Assembly: GCA_963662265.2 (NCBI GenBank)
Contig: CAXXHA010000023.1
Location: forward strand, 1-44,957
DNA length: 44,957 nt
Source: Spirochaetia bacterium
GTDB taxonomy: Bacteria > Spirochaetota > Spirochaetia > CADAEX01
Reading direction: 5' to 3'
This document shows, one piece after another, positions 19,573 through 28,426 of this stretch (position 1 is the first letter of the stretch; every line of letters starts with the position of its first letter). Under the pieces are notes generated by a model. The model saw nothing but the letters and a program-made list of their open reading frames with translations, had not been told where the DNA came from and made no database searches. Position numbers and translations under genes: made by a program.

Positions 19573-20526
19573 ATGGACAGATTTTCCTGTTATATTAAAA
19601 AGAATATACCATTTCTCTTTATAATTGATTTCAATTCAGATAACCGCCATTTTATACCGCTTGAAAATGCAGCTGAATCAGGAATTTACTATGATTTCAC
19701 GGGAAAAACAAACTTCTCCGAAACAATAAACCCGCCTGATAAGATCCTGTTTGAGAAAGAACCGGTATCATATGAGGACTACCTTAAAGCATTTAACACA
19801 GTTCACAGGAACCTTGCAGACGGGAACTCATATCTTGCAAACCTGACATTCAAGACCCCTATTAAGCTGAATATGAGTCTTAAACAGATTTTTGCCCTGA
19901 GCAGGGCAAAATACAAGCTCCTTTTCAGGGACAAGTTTGTTGTTTTTTCACCGGAAGCTTTTGTACGGATAAATGACAGAAATATTTACACATATCCAAT
20001 GAAAGGAACTATAGATGCATCTGTTCCTGATGCGGAAAATGTGATTTTAAATGACAGCAAGGAAAAAGCAGAGCATATAACAATTGTGGATCTCCTGCGC
20101 AATGATCTGAATATGGTTTCAAAAGATGTATGTGTTGAAAATTTCAGATACATAGACAGGCTGAAGACTAATTTCAAGGAATTACTTCAGATAAGCTCGG
20201 TCATAAGAGGTGAGCTTGATAATGATTACCATGAGAACCTTGATACTATATTTGAGAAACTTCTACCTGCAGGATCAATAACAGGCGCTCCTAAAAAGAA
20301 AACTGTGGAGATTATAGGTGAAGCTGAAAATTACAGCAGAGGCTACTATACAGGTATTTTCGGATACTACGATTCAGGTTGTCTTGAGAGTGCAGTGATG
20401 ATAAGATTTATAGAAAAGGAGAATGAGGAATATTTCTTTAAAAGCGGAGGCGGGATAACAATTTACAGTGATCCTGAAAAAGAATACCAGGAACTTATTG
20501 ATAAAATATATGTACCGGTTTATTGA
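19573..20526 (+). CDS. pabB: Aminodeoxychorismate synthase component I (short PabB type)
   Basis: GNSYLANLT, SPEAF, TYPMKGT, KEKAEHITIVDLLRNDL, LLPAGSITGAPK, RGYYTG, KSGGGIT; ORF-track TTG at 19537 coincides with a TTGACA -35 box so ATG 19573 is preferred. Confidence 0.9.
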   Translation: MDRFSCYIKKNIPFLFIIDFNSDNRHFIPLENAAESGIYYDFTGKTNFSETINPPDKILFEKEPVSYEDYLKAFNTVHRNLADGNSYLANLTFKTPIKLNMSLKQIFALSRAKYKLLFRDKFVVFSPEAFVRINDRNIYTYPMKGTIDASVPDAENVILNDSKEKAEHITIVDLLRNDLNMVSKDVCVENFRYIDRLKTNFKELLQISSVIRGELDNDYHENLDTIFEKLLPAGSITGAPKKKTVEIIGEAENYSRGYYTGIFGYYDSGCLESAVMIRFIEKENEEYFFKSGGGITIYSDPEKEYQELIDKIYVPVY

Positions 20527-21127
20527 AACACTTAAAATAGAAAACAGAAAAATCTGCAGCCCTGTTTACCATATATCAAGGTTTTTAAAAACCATTGAAA
20601 TTTTCTTTCCTGAATCAGATCCGCCAGACCTGGAAGGAACAGTTACAGCAGAGTTTAATAGATACTGTTTAAAACATAATAATACACCCTCCAGTACACT
20701 CAAGTGCAGAATAATCTATTCAGAAAAAATTGAATCGGTAGAATTCATCCCATATGAAATGAAGCAGATCAGAAATCTTAAAACTGTCAGCTGTGACAGA
20801 ATCGACTACAGCTATAAATATTCAGATAGGGCAGATATAAACAGCCTTATGGAATCAAGGGAAGGCTGTGATGATATCCTGATTATAAAGAACAACATGG
20901 TGACAGACTCCTCTTTTTCCAATGTTGTTTTTTTTGATGGAGAAAAATATCTGACTCCAGATAAACCGCTTCTCAGGGGAACAAAACGTCAGAAACTTAT
21001 TGATGAGAAGATTATAATAGAAACGAAAATTACTGCGGATGATATCAGGCATTTTGAATATGCAACACTTATAAACGCAATGATTGACCTGGATACAGTA
21101 AAAATAACGGTAGATAACGTATTCTGA
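20510..21127 (+). CDS. pabC: Aminotransferase class IV, 4-amino-4-deoxychorismate lyase (PabC-like)
   Basis: FIETLKI, YSYKYSDR, VTDSSFSNVVF, TPDKPLLRGTKR, INAM; overlaps pabB end. Confidence 0.85.
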   Translation: MYRFIETLKIENRKICSPVYHISRFLKTIEIFFPESDPPDLEGTVTAEFNRYCLKHNNTPSSTLKCRIIYSEKIESVEFIPYEMKQIRNLKTVSCDRIDYSYKYSDRADINSLMESREGCDDILIIKNNMVTDSSFSNVVFFDGEKYLTPDKPLLRGTKRQKLIDEKIIIETKITADDIRHFEYATLINAMIDLDTVKITVDNVF

Positions 21128-21149
21128 TTTTTGGTATAATATAAATAAA

Positions 21150-21887
21150 ATGAATAAAAAAAGAAGTTTAATTATAAAATTAACATTTGCAGCTAATTTC
21201 TTTCTGCTGCTTCTGCCTGCCGCGGTAGCTGAAGAGAAAATTTTCGTCTTCAGCGAGTTCTGCCCATATGAATACATGGAAAAGGGGAAAGAGGACGGGA
21301 TAAACATATATTTAATAAAACAGGTATGCAGCAGGATGGGAATAGAACCTGTATTCAGAGAGCTTCCATGGAAAAGAGCTCTCCGTAATGCAGAAACCGG
21401 AGATGCTGATGCAGTCTTCTCTCTTTTCAAAACAGATGAAAGAGAAAAACTTTACAACTACACAGATAATAATCTCAACACTGTAAAAATGGTCCTGTTC
21501 ACCAACAGCGACAGAGAATTAAAAATAGAATCCATGCAGGACCTTAAAGGATTCAATATAGGAGTATACAGGGGAAGTTCATACGGATATATTTTTGACA
21601 CAAGTTTCATTTTCACAAGAGACGTGGCAAACAGCAACGAGAATATCATAAAAAAACAACTCAACAGAAGAACAGACGCATTTGTAATGGATGAAAATGT
21701 GGATGAATTCTGGCTAGGAAAACTGAACTGCACCGGCCTGATAAAACCTGTTAATTTCACAATCTTTGAAAGCAAAACATATATAGCATTCAGTAAATTA
21801 TCAGACAACAATATTAAACTCTTCTCCTCACTGCTTGCAGAAGAAAAAAGACTCCTTGACAAACAGCACAACTACAAAAAACAATAA
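21150..21887 (+). CDS. Extracytoplasmic solute-binding protein, family 3 (orphan)
   Basis: Signal peptide, FCPYEY, LPWKRAL, DLKGFNIGVYRGSSY, RRTDAFV, YIAFSK. Confidence 0.85.
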   Translation: MNKKRSLIIKLTFAANFFLLLLPAAVAEEKIFVFSEFCPYEYMEKGKEDGINIYLIKQVCSRMGIEPVFRELPWKRALRNAETGDADAVFSLFKTDEREKLYNYTDNNLNTVKMVLFTNSDRELKIESMQDLKGFNIGVYRGSSYGYIFDTSFIFTRDVANSNENIIKKQLNRRTDAFVMDENVDEFWLGKLNCTGLIKPVNFTIFESKTYIAFSKLSDNNIKLFSSLLAEEKRLLDKQHNYKKQ

Positions 21888-21895
21888 AAACAGAC

Positions 21896-22510
21896 TCAAT
21901 TAATTACCATATAAATACATAAGCTGTACAGTGAACCGAACAGGGCGCCGAATACCATCCCGTAACCTGCCCCGCCTGAAAAAGATGCAATCACAGGACC
22001 GGCCAGGCCAGATCCTGCATCGAAATTAAATTCAATAGAGCCTGTGTAATAGGATGTTACAAAGAGAGGCAGGATTGAAGAAGTCAGGATAACAGCTCCT
22101 GAAAGCGAACTGTAAGCTATCCCCTTTATCATGAAAAGAAGAAAAGTATCATCACTGCTGTCAAGCATCTTTTCTGAGAGCCATCTTGAGGTCCTGTATC
22201 CGACATAAGAGCCGATAAGAAGGGAAGGACAAGCTGATAATGCATCTACATAAAGAGGAGTTCCCGTATCAACCTCTTTTGCGGCACTCCAGAATATATG
22301 AGCGCACCCTGTCAGCATACCGGAAGAAATACAGACTGCCGATGTTATTTTTTTTACAGAATCAGAGTATTTTTCACCATTCATGGGAATTTCAGGAGAA
22401 ACATTCCTGCCGGTATCAGAAGACCAGGCAGGTAAAACAACCATTGTAAGAATAAAAATGAGGAAAAATATTTTTTGCAAACCTGCATTAGAGGTAAATA
22501 AAACATACAT
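21896..22510 (-). CDS. Hypothetical membrane protein, Gly/Ser-rich helices
   Basis: 204-aa ORF with signal-like N-terminus and several hydrophobic GxxxG-containing segments. Confidence 0.65.
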   Translation of the reverse strand: MYVLFTSNAGLQKIFFLIFILTMVVLPAWSSDTGRNVSPEIPMNGEKYSDSVKKITSAVCISSGMLTGCAHIFWSAAKEVDTGTPLYVDALSACPSLLIGSYVGYRTSRWLSEKMLDSSDDTFLLFMIKGIAYSSLSGAVILTSSILPLFVTSYYTGSIEFNFDAGSGLAGPVIASFSGGAGYGMVFGALFGSLYSLCIYMVIN

Positions 22511-22578
22511 CTTATTTAAATTTTAGAATAAAGCAGCAGGTTTTACAAAAATAATTGAGGATGCATTCGAGCTCGTTT

Positions 22579-22757
22579 CCCCGGATGCATGGGCGAGCAG
22601 TAACCGGAGGCTACGACCAGCCCCGGGATGCATGGGCGAGCAGTAGCTGGAGGCTACGACCAGCCCCGGGATGCATGGGCGAGCAGTAACCGGAGGCTAC
22701 GACCAGCCCCGGGATGCATGGGCGAGCAGTAACCGGAGGCTACGACCAGCCCCGGGA
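22579..22757. repeat. GC-rich tandem array, 4 full copies plus a partial copy of a 43-bp unit
   Basis: Unit CCCCGGGATGCATGGGCGAGCAGTAACCGGAGGCTACGACCAG starts at 22579 (42 bp), 22621, 22664, 22707, partial at 22750; unit 2 has GTAGCTGG in place of GTAACCGG; no spacers. Confidence 0.97.
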
Positions 22758-22943
22758 ACCACAGACCTCCGCTTGTGGGCGGGATAATAAACCACTGCTT
22801 GTAAAAAAACCAAGACCCACCGGAACTGGTGACAAAGGGGATGTTGATTATCAGTATTTAATGTCATGCGAATCTGTAAATATTGATTAAATCAAAAACA
22901 TAATATTATAGTGTAAATACATTTTTTCATATGCGGAGATTTT

Positions 22944-25115
22944 ATGCCAGATAAAACAAAGTACCGGATTTCTCTTCTATTTTTTATAATCATATCAATG
23001 CTGATTTCTTTTCCAGCCTACTCCCAGAAAGAGGATGAAAAAATCGGTCTTGTTTTAAGCGGAGGCGGTGCACTGGGAATGGCCCACATAGGTGTACTCA
23101 AGATGATTGAAAAATATGATATCCCGATTGACTACATTACAGGAACAAGTATGGGCGCAATTATCGGAGCGCTCTATGCATCCGGTTATACAGCAGCGGA
23201 AATAGAAACAATAATAACATCAATTGACTGGATCCCTCTCTTAAGCGACAGGAAAGAAAGAAACACAATTGATATCAATGACAGGGAGCTTTTTGAAAAA
23301 TCCATTATCACCCTTCATTTTGAACAGGGTAAGCTGAAACTCCCCGAAGGCGCTATTTACGGGCAGAATATTTACAACCTCCTTTCAGAACTTACGTGGC
23401 ATGTCAGGAATATAGATGATTTTACAAAACTCCCCATACCTTTCAAATGCCTTGCAACAGATCTTCAGACAGGAGAAGCAGTTGTACTGGAAGAGGGAAA
23501 TCTTGTTGATGCGGTAAGAGCGAGCATGGCTATCCCTTCTGTATTCTCCCCGATCGAAAGCGGGAACAGGCTTCTTGTCGACGGCGGTGTTGTGAGAAAT
23601 ATCCCGGTTTCAGATATCAAGAGAATGGGAGCTGATATAACAATTGTTTCCGATGTGGGAAAACCATACTACTCAAAAGATGAACTTGATTCACTTCTGA
23701 CAGTGTTTGACCAGATGATAAAGCTGACATTCAGTACAGCAAATGAATATGAACTCAGCCTTGCAGACAGGGTAATAACCTATGACCTCAAGGATTACAG
23801 TATTGCAAGCTTCACAGAAAACAGGGGAATAATTGAAAAAGGAAATGAAGCTGCTGCGGATCATGAGGAATACTTCAGGAGACTTTCGAAAGATTTCAAA
23901 CGGAGGAAAAAAACAGAAAAGCCGGAGGGGAAACCATTTATTGCAAAACACATAGAAATCGAGGGAAACCAGAGGATAGATAAAGAGACAATAATAAGAG
24001 ATCTTGGAATAAAAACAGGCTCTGAAATATCAAAAGAGGAACTTACCCATGCAGTTTCAATGCTGTACGGAACAGGGGATTACGACCTCATCAGATACAG
24101 CGCAAAAGAAAACACTCTCAGCATGATTATAAATGAGGCGCCGGGCGAAATAAATTCATTCAGCGTTAACTACAACAATGATGAAAGCGCAGGAGTTCTT
24201 CTGAATGCAAGAGCAAGAGGCTTCTTCCTGGAAAACTCAACAGCAAGGCTTAAGCTGAAACTGGGAGAAAATTACATGATCAGTTTAAACTATTCAATCC
24301 CTGTGCTTTTCAACATGTTTGATCTCGGTTTCGAAACAAAATATGACAGAAAAGAATTTTACCATTACGATGAGGATGGAGAAAAAATTGCCCAGATTTA
24401 TTCAGACTTCTACACAGCATCATCATTTCTTGAATACAGTTTTTTCAACAGCTTCAAGGCTGGTTTTAATGCAGCTTATAACCTGATCACATATAAAGAC
24501 CAGATAGCTCCCGATAAAATAGACGAAGATATACGATTCTTCAATACAGGAATATATTTCAAACTGGACAGCATGAACAGGAGTATTTACCCGGACAAAG
24601 GGGTATTTATGGATTTCAAGGGTGAATATGTTTCTTTTGATGATTTCTTCGAAATTATATTTGAAGACAACAGGAATGTGAAAGATTATTTCCAGATAAA
24701 ATCAGAAACAGAAATATGCATTCCTTTATCAAGCTTTCTTACATTCAAACCATCTGTATCAGCCGGGTTTTCCCAATTCGGGGGGAATGACAGCGCCGGT
24801 TTTTTCATAGGCGGTTTTACAGAAAATATTGATAAAAGTTTTATAAGTTTCAAGGGGATATTCCCCGGAGATATCAACAGTGAAAATGCAGTCTCCTCTG
24901 AAGCAAGTGTGAATATCATGCTCAACAAGGCTATTGTCCTGTCCCCGTTTTTCAGCAGGCTTTATTACCAGATTCCCGATGACACTGAAACTATCAGCAG
25001 CTTCGGCTCCACACTGGCGCTTATTACACCAATCGGGCCGATAGAAATAGCAGCGGCAAAGGCGGATGTAAAAGACTTTCCGGTTTTTTATATCAATATA
25101 GGGTTTAATTTCTGA
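22944..25115 (+). CDS. Patatin-like phospholipase with POTRA and outer-membrane beta-barrel (PlpD/type Vd-like)
   Basis: Signal peptide, LSGGGALG, GTSMG, DGG, POTRA-like IEIEGNQRIDKETI, aromatic amphipathic strands ending YINIGFNF. Confidence 0.88.
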   Translation: MPDKTKYRISLLFFIIISMLISFPAYSQKEDEKIGLVLSGGGALGMAHIGVLKMIEKYDIPIDYITGTSMGAIIGALYASGYTAAEIETIITSIDWIPLLSDRKERNTIDINDRELFEKSIITLHFEQGKLKLPEGAIYGQNIYNLLSELTWHVRNIDDFTKLPIPFKCLATDLQTGEAVVLEEGNLVDAVRASMAIPSVFSPIESGNRLLVDGGVVRNIPVSDIKRMGADITIVSDVGKPYYSKDELDSLLTVFDQMIKLTFSTANEYELSLADRVITYDLKDYSIASFTENRGIIEKGNEAAADHEEYFRRLSKDFKRRKKTEKPEGKPFIAKHIEIEGNQRIDKETIIRDLGIKTGSEISKEELTHAVSMLYGTGDYDLIRYSAKENTLSMIINEAPGEINSFSVNYNNDESAGVLLNARARGFFLENSTARLKLKLGENYMISLNYSIPVLFNMFDLGFETKYDRKEFYHYDEDGEKIAQIYSDFYTASSFLEYSFFNSFKAGFNAAYNLITYKDQIAPDKIDEDIRFFNTGIYFKLDSMNRSIYPDKGVFMDFKGEYVSFDDFFEIIFEDNRNVKDYFQIKSETEICIPLSSFLTFKPSVSAGFSQFGGNDSAGFFIGGFTENIDKSFISFKGIFPGDINSENAVSSEASVNIMLNKAIVLSPFFSRLYYQIPDDTETISSFGSTLALITPIGPIEIAAAKADVKDFPVFYINIGFNF

Positions 25116-25149
25116 AAAAAAGAATACAATCAGCAGATATGGCAGTAAT

Positions 25150-25414
25150 TTTGTATGGCGGGTCTAATACTTTTCCAGCACAATGTACTATCCAATTTAT
25201 ACAGTAAAATATAAAAAGTATGTAGCAAGCTGGGGGGGGATAAAACCCGCCCTGCAAATGAAGAACAATAAAAAACTTGCAGAGCAGAATTTCATCAATT
25301 CCGGGGGTAATCAGAATTTTCTGAAAAATCTGCTCCGGCAAGTAATAGCCCGACTGTTCTGGACAAGTTAATGCTGCTGATACTTATTCCGGCCGGATAT
25401 CCTGTTATGCAGCA
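25150..25414. other. Three long consecutive stem-loops between convergent patatin gene and larB
   Basis: GGCGGGT..CCAGC/GCTGG..ACCCGCC (25150-25258); ACTTGC.GAGCAGA/TCTGCTC..GCAAGT (25275-25343); TGCTGC/GCAGCA (25372-25414). Confidence 0.6.
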
Positions 25415-26158
25415 CTACATTGAGTTAATCATCGATGCCAGATAACCTGCTCCGAAACCATTATCTATATTCACAACAGAAACACCGGAAGAGCAGCTGT
25501 TAAGCATTGAAAGAAGGGCGGAAAGACCGTTCAGGCTTGACCCGTATCCGACACTTGTCGGAACTGCTATTACAGGAGAGGAAACAAGCCCCCCCACCAC
25601 ACTTGCGAGAGCACCCTCCATCCCGGCAACAGCTATGACAACCCTTGCATTCTGTATTACATCGAGTGACCGGAAAAGCCTGTGTATCCCTGCAACGCCT
25701 GCATCATTTACCCGCTTCACCTCATTGCCGTAAAATTCGGCAGTAATGGCTGCTTCCTCGGCTACAGCAAAATCAGAAGTCCCTGCGCTGACTACAGCTA
25801 TATATCCCTTACTCTGTTTTTCAGTTCTGTTGTTTTTTATCATAAAAAGCGATGCATCACTGTTATAGGAGGCACCGGGAAAATCTGACCTGATATTTTC
25901 AAAGACTTCCCTGCTCATGCCGGTTCCCAGAATATCAGAGCCACTTCCTGCCATGGTGCGGATAATATCCCTTATCTGTTCAGTAGACTTTCCCCTGCAG
26001 TAAATAACTTCATGGCTTCCGGTCCGCTTTTTTCTGTCTGTATCTATTACAGTATGCCCTATATCCATGAAATAAAGCGCCTCGACAGAAGCACATGCAT
26101 CATCGGCGCACATTGTGCCGTTTTTATATTTTTCAAGTATCTGTTTTATCTTTTCCAT
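25415..26158 (-). CDS. larB: Nickel-pincer cofactor biosynthesis protein LarB
   Basis: IDTDRKKRTG..EVIY..GK, AGTSD..VAEEA, DAGVAGIHRL, AGMEGALASVVGGL, AVPTSVGYG, MLNSC..VVNIDNGFGA. Confidence 0.95.
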   Translation of the reverse strand: MEKIKQILEKYKNGTMCADDACASVEALYFMDIGHTVIDTDRKKRTGSHEVIYCRGKSTEQIRDIIRTMAGSGSDILGTGMSREVFENIRSDFPGASYNSDASLFMIKNNRTEKQSKGYIAVVSAGTSDFAVAEEAAITAEFYGNEVKRVNDAGVAGIHRLFRSLDVIQNARVVIAVAGMEGALASVVGGLVSSPVIAVPTSVGYGSSLNGLSALLSMLNSCSSGVSVVNIDNGFGAGYLASMINSM

Positions 26159-26265
26159 ATATGTCTCTTCTCAACTGATTCAAGTGTTTTGCCGCCCGAC
26201 CTGCAAGTTTTATATCTTTCAGATCTTCCCGGGCAGCTTTCCATACTTTTTCCCAAATACATATA

Positions 26266-27072
26266 TTACTTATTATCTTTTAACTTGTTCATATTCCCCA
26301 TGCAATAGCCTGCAAGGTCTGCTGCAACATACCTGAATCCAGCTTCCCTTATTCCGTCATTTACCTGCTTCCTGAAACCGGGATCGGAAAGGAGGATGAG
26401 GTTATTATCATCAAATTCTATCCTTGCAACATCACCATGGCTTCTTACCCGGACAGAAGTTATGCCTGAGGAATGGAGAAATTTCTCGGCCTCTTCAACT
26501 TTGCTAAGGTCTTCAGCTTTTATCTCTGTATTATGCGGGAATCTTGTAAGAAGGCATGAATATGCAGGCTTGTCGGCAGCGATCAATCCCCATTTTCCCG
26601 AAAAGTACCTGATATCGCTTTTTCTGAAACCGCATTCAAGGAGCGGGCTTTTAATATCAAGTTCCTCAACAGCCTTCATTCCCGGCCTGTAATCATCAAG
26701 ATCATCAACATTGGACCCCTCCATTACCACATCAGCACAAAACTCCCCGGCCTCCCTTATAACAGGTGAGAAAAGGTGTTTTTTGCATATATAGCACCTC
26801 TGTTCAGGATTATTTCTGAGCTCTTCGGGAAAAGGAATAGAGACAATCCTATGATCAATCCCTGAAGATCTGATATATTTCTCTACATCGTCAAGCTCTG
26901 AATCTGCCATATACGGGGGCGCTGCTGTAACAGACAGAATATCACCGTTAAAAAACCTTGACGCAGCTTCGAGAAGAAACATGCTGTCTACCCCGCCTGA
27001 AAAAGCAATTACCCCTTTGCTATATGAAGAAAACCAGTCAGCAAGGTTTTCAAGAAGTCTTTCATTTTTCAT
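26266..27072 (-). CDS. larE: ATP-dependent sulfur transferase LarE
   Basis: PP-loop AFSGGVDS, RCYICK, EGSNVDDLDDYRPG, SCLLTRFP, VRVRSHGDVARIE, DLAGY. Confidence 0.93.
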   Translation of the reverse strand: MKNERLLENLADWFSSYSKGVIAFSGGVDSMFLLEAASRFFNGDILSVTAAPPYMADSELDDVEKYIRSSGIDHRIVSIPFPEELRNNPEQRCYICKKHLFSPVIREAGEFCADVVMEGSNVDDLDDYRPGMKAVEELDIKSPLLECGFRKSDIRYFSGKWGLIAADKPAYSCLLTRFPHNTEIKAEDLSKVEEAEKFLHSSGITSVRVRSHGDVARIEFDDNNLILLSDPGFRKQVNDGIREAGFRYVAADLAGYCMGNMNKLKDNK

Positions 27073-28426
27073 TTGAAACAGCCCTGTAGATATTTTTCAT
27101 CGGAATTCCGTGCTTCACCGAAATTTCCCTGACATCCTCATACTCAGCCTTCCAGCCGACCTCTTCCCCCTTGTAGAAAAGTCTCTTTACAGACAGTTCA
27201 CCATAAGCTGTGCTTACAAGATCATTCCTCCTTTCAAGGACTGATCTTTCAACCCTGTACTCCCTGATACCGGCAGTAGTTGTTTCGGTGAAAAGAATAT
27301 CCCTGACAGCTTCCCTTTTTTCAGCCATCACTACTGCTGAAAGCAATATTCCCGGCCTGTTTTTCTTCATATAAACCGGGGTCATATAAACATCATTTGC
27401 ACCTGCATCAAGCAAAAGAGACATAACATGGCCGTGTATCTCGGGATTCATATCATCAATATTGCATTCCATCATGAATGCAGTCTCTGAGTAACAGCCT
27501 TTCTCTTCATGAATATTTTCTTCTGCCAGAAAAACCCTCAGAATATTGGGAATTTCAGTGTCCCGTGTTCCCGCGCCATAGCCTGTTTTCAAGATTCTGA
27601 AAGAGGGAGCGTCTGTAAAACCATCAGAAAGGCTCTTGAGTATTGCAGCCCCTGTAGGGGTGGTTGTTTCTGAATTTACAGCACCTGTTTTTACAGGGAC
27701 ATCTTTCAGTATCTCCGCAGTGGCAGGAGCCGGCACCGGCATTCTCCCATGAGCGCATTCCACAAATCCTCCCCCCAGCTCCGGAGGAAATGATATAACC
27801 TTATCCAGCTTGAGATATTCGACAGCTGCAGATGCCGCAACTATATCGAGAATTGAATCAACAGCCCCGACTTCATGAAAATGGACCTCTTCAACTGATG
27901 ATCCGTGGACTTTAGCTTCAGCCTCGGCTACTGTCATAAACATATCCATAGCCCGTTCTCTTATATTCACAGGAAGGCTGCTTTTTCCCAGTATATTCCC
28001 GATATCACGTATATTCCTGTGCTCATGTTCATGGCGATGCTCATGCTCATGGCTGTGGCTGTGCTCATGTCCATGGATGTGGTCATGTCCGTGGCTATGA
28101 TCATGCTCATGACTGTGATCATGCTCATGGCTGTGATCATGCTCATGGCTGTGATCATGTTCATGGCTGTGATCATGTTCATGGCAGGTATCTTCATTGT
28201 GACTACCGTGAGAACAATCTGAAGAATGGGAATCTATCACGACATTTGCATACATGGCGGAAATACCCTTTCTTTTTACCCTCTCGAAACTGATACTCCA
28301 CCCCGGAAGTCCGAGCCTTTCAAGACAGTCAATAATATACTCCTCCGGAACACCGAGGTCCACCATTGCGGCCATATTCATATCACCGCTTATTCCTGCA
28401 AAAGGTTCATATACAAGTATGCTCAT
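27062..28426 (-). CDS. larC: Nickel insertase (cyclometallase) LarC, single fused ORF
   Basis: AGISGDM, His-rich tract, EAEAKVHG..VHFHEVGAVDSILDI, AHGRMPVPAPAT, TTPTGAA, ECNIDDM, MKKNRPG, ETTTAGIR. Confidence 0.96.
   Translation of the reverse strand: MSILVYEPFAGISGDMNMAAMVDLGVPEEYIIDCLERLGLPGWSISFERVKRKGISAMYANVVIDSHSSDCSHGSHNEDTCHEHDHSHEHDHSHEHDHSHEHDHSHEHDHSHGHDHIHGHEHSHSHEHEHRHEHEHRNIRDIGNILGKSSLPVNIRERAMDMFMTVAEAEAKVHGSSVEEVHFHEVGAVDSILDIVAASAAVEYLKLDKVISFPPELGGGFVECAHGRMPVPAPATAEILKDVPVKTGAVNSETTTPTGAAILKSLSDGFTDAPSFRILKTGYGAGTRDTEIPNILRVFLAEENIHEEKGCYSETAFMMECNIDDMNPEIHGHVMSLLLDAGANDVYMTPVYMKKNRPGILLSAVVMAEKREAVRDILFTETTTAGIREYRVERSVLERRNDLVSTAYGELSVKRLFYKGEEVGWKAEYEDVREISVKHGIPMKNIYRAVSNEK
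28020..28183 (-). repeat. 18-bp coding tandem repeat encoding (HEHDHS)n His-rich tract of LarC
   Basis: ATG(C/T)TCATGGCTGTGATC repeated on + strand; protein reads HEHDHS x4 then variants. Confidence 0.92.

Noticed and set aside
22579-22757. CRISPR array or type III antitoxin array
   Set aside because: Repeats abut with no unique spacers, no cas genes in the window, and neither flanking gene resembles ToxN/CptN/TenpN
25105-25371. Small ORFs 25105-25341 (-) and 25183-25371 (+)
   Set aside because: No SD or motifs; region better explained by non-coding stem-loops
27905-28222. Met-rich repetitive ORFs (27905-28222 +, 27967-28197 -)
   Set aside because: Alternative frames of the LarC His-repeat DNA
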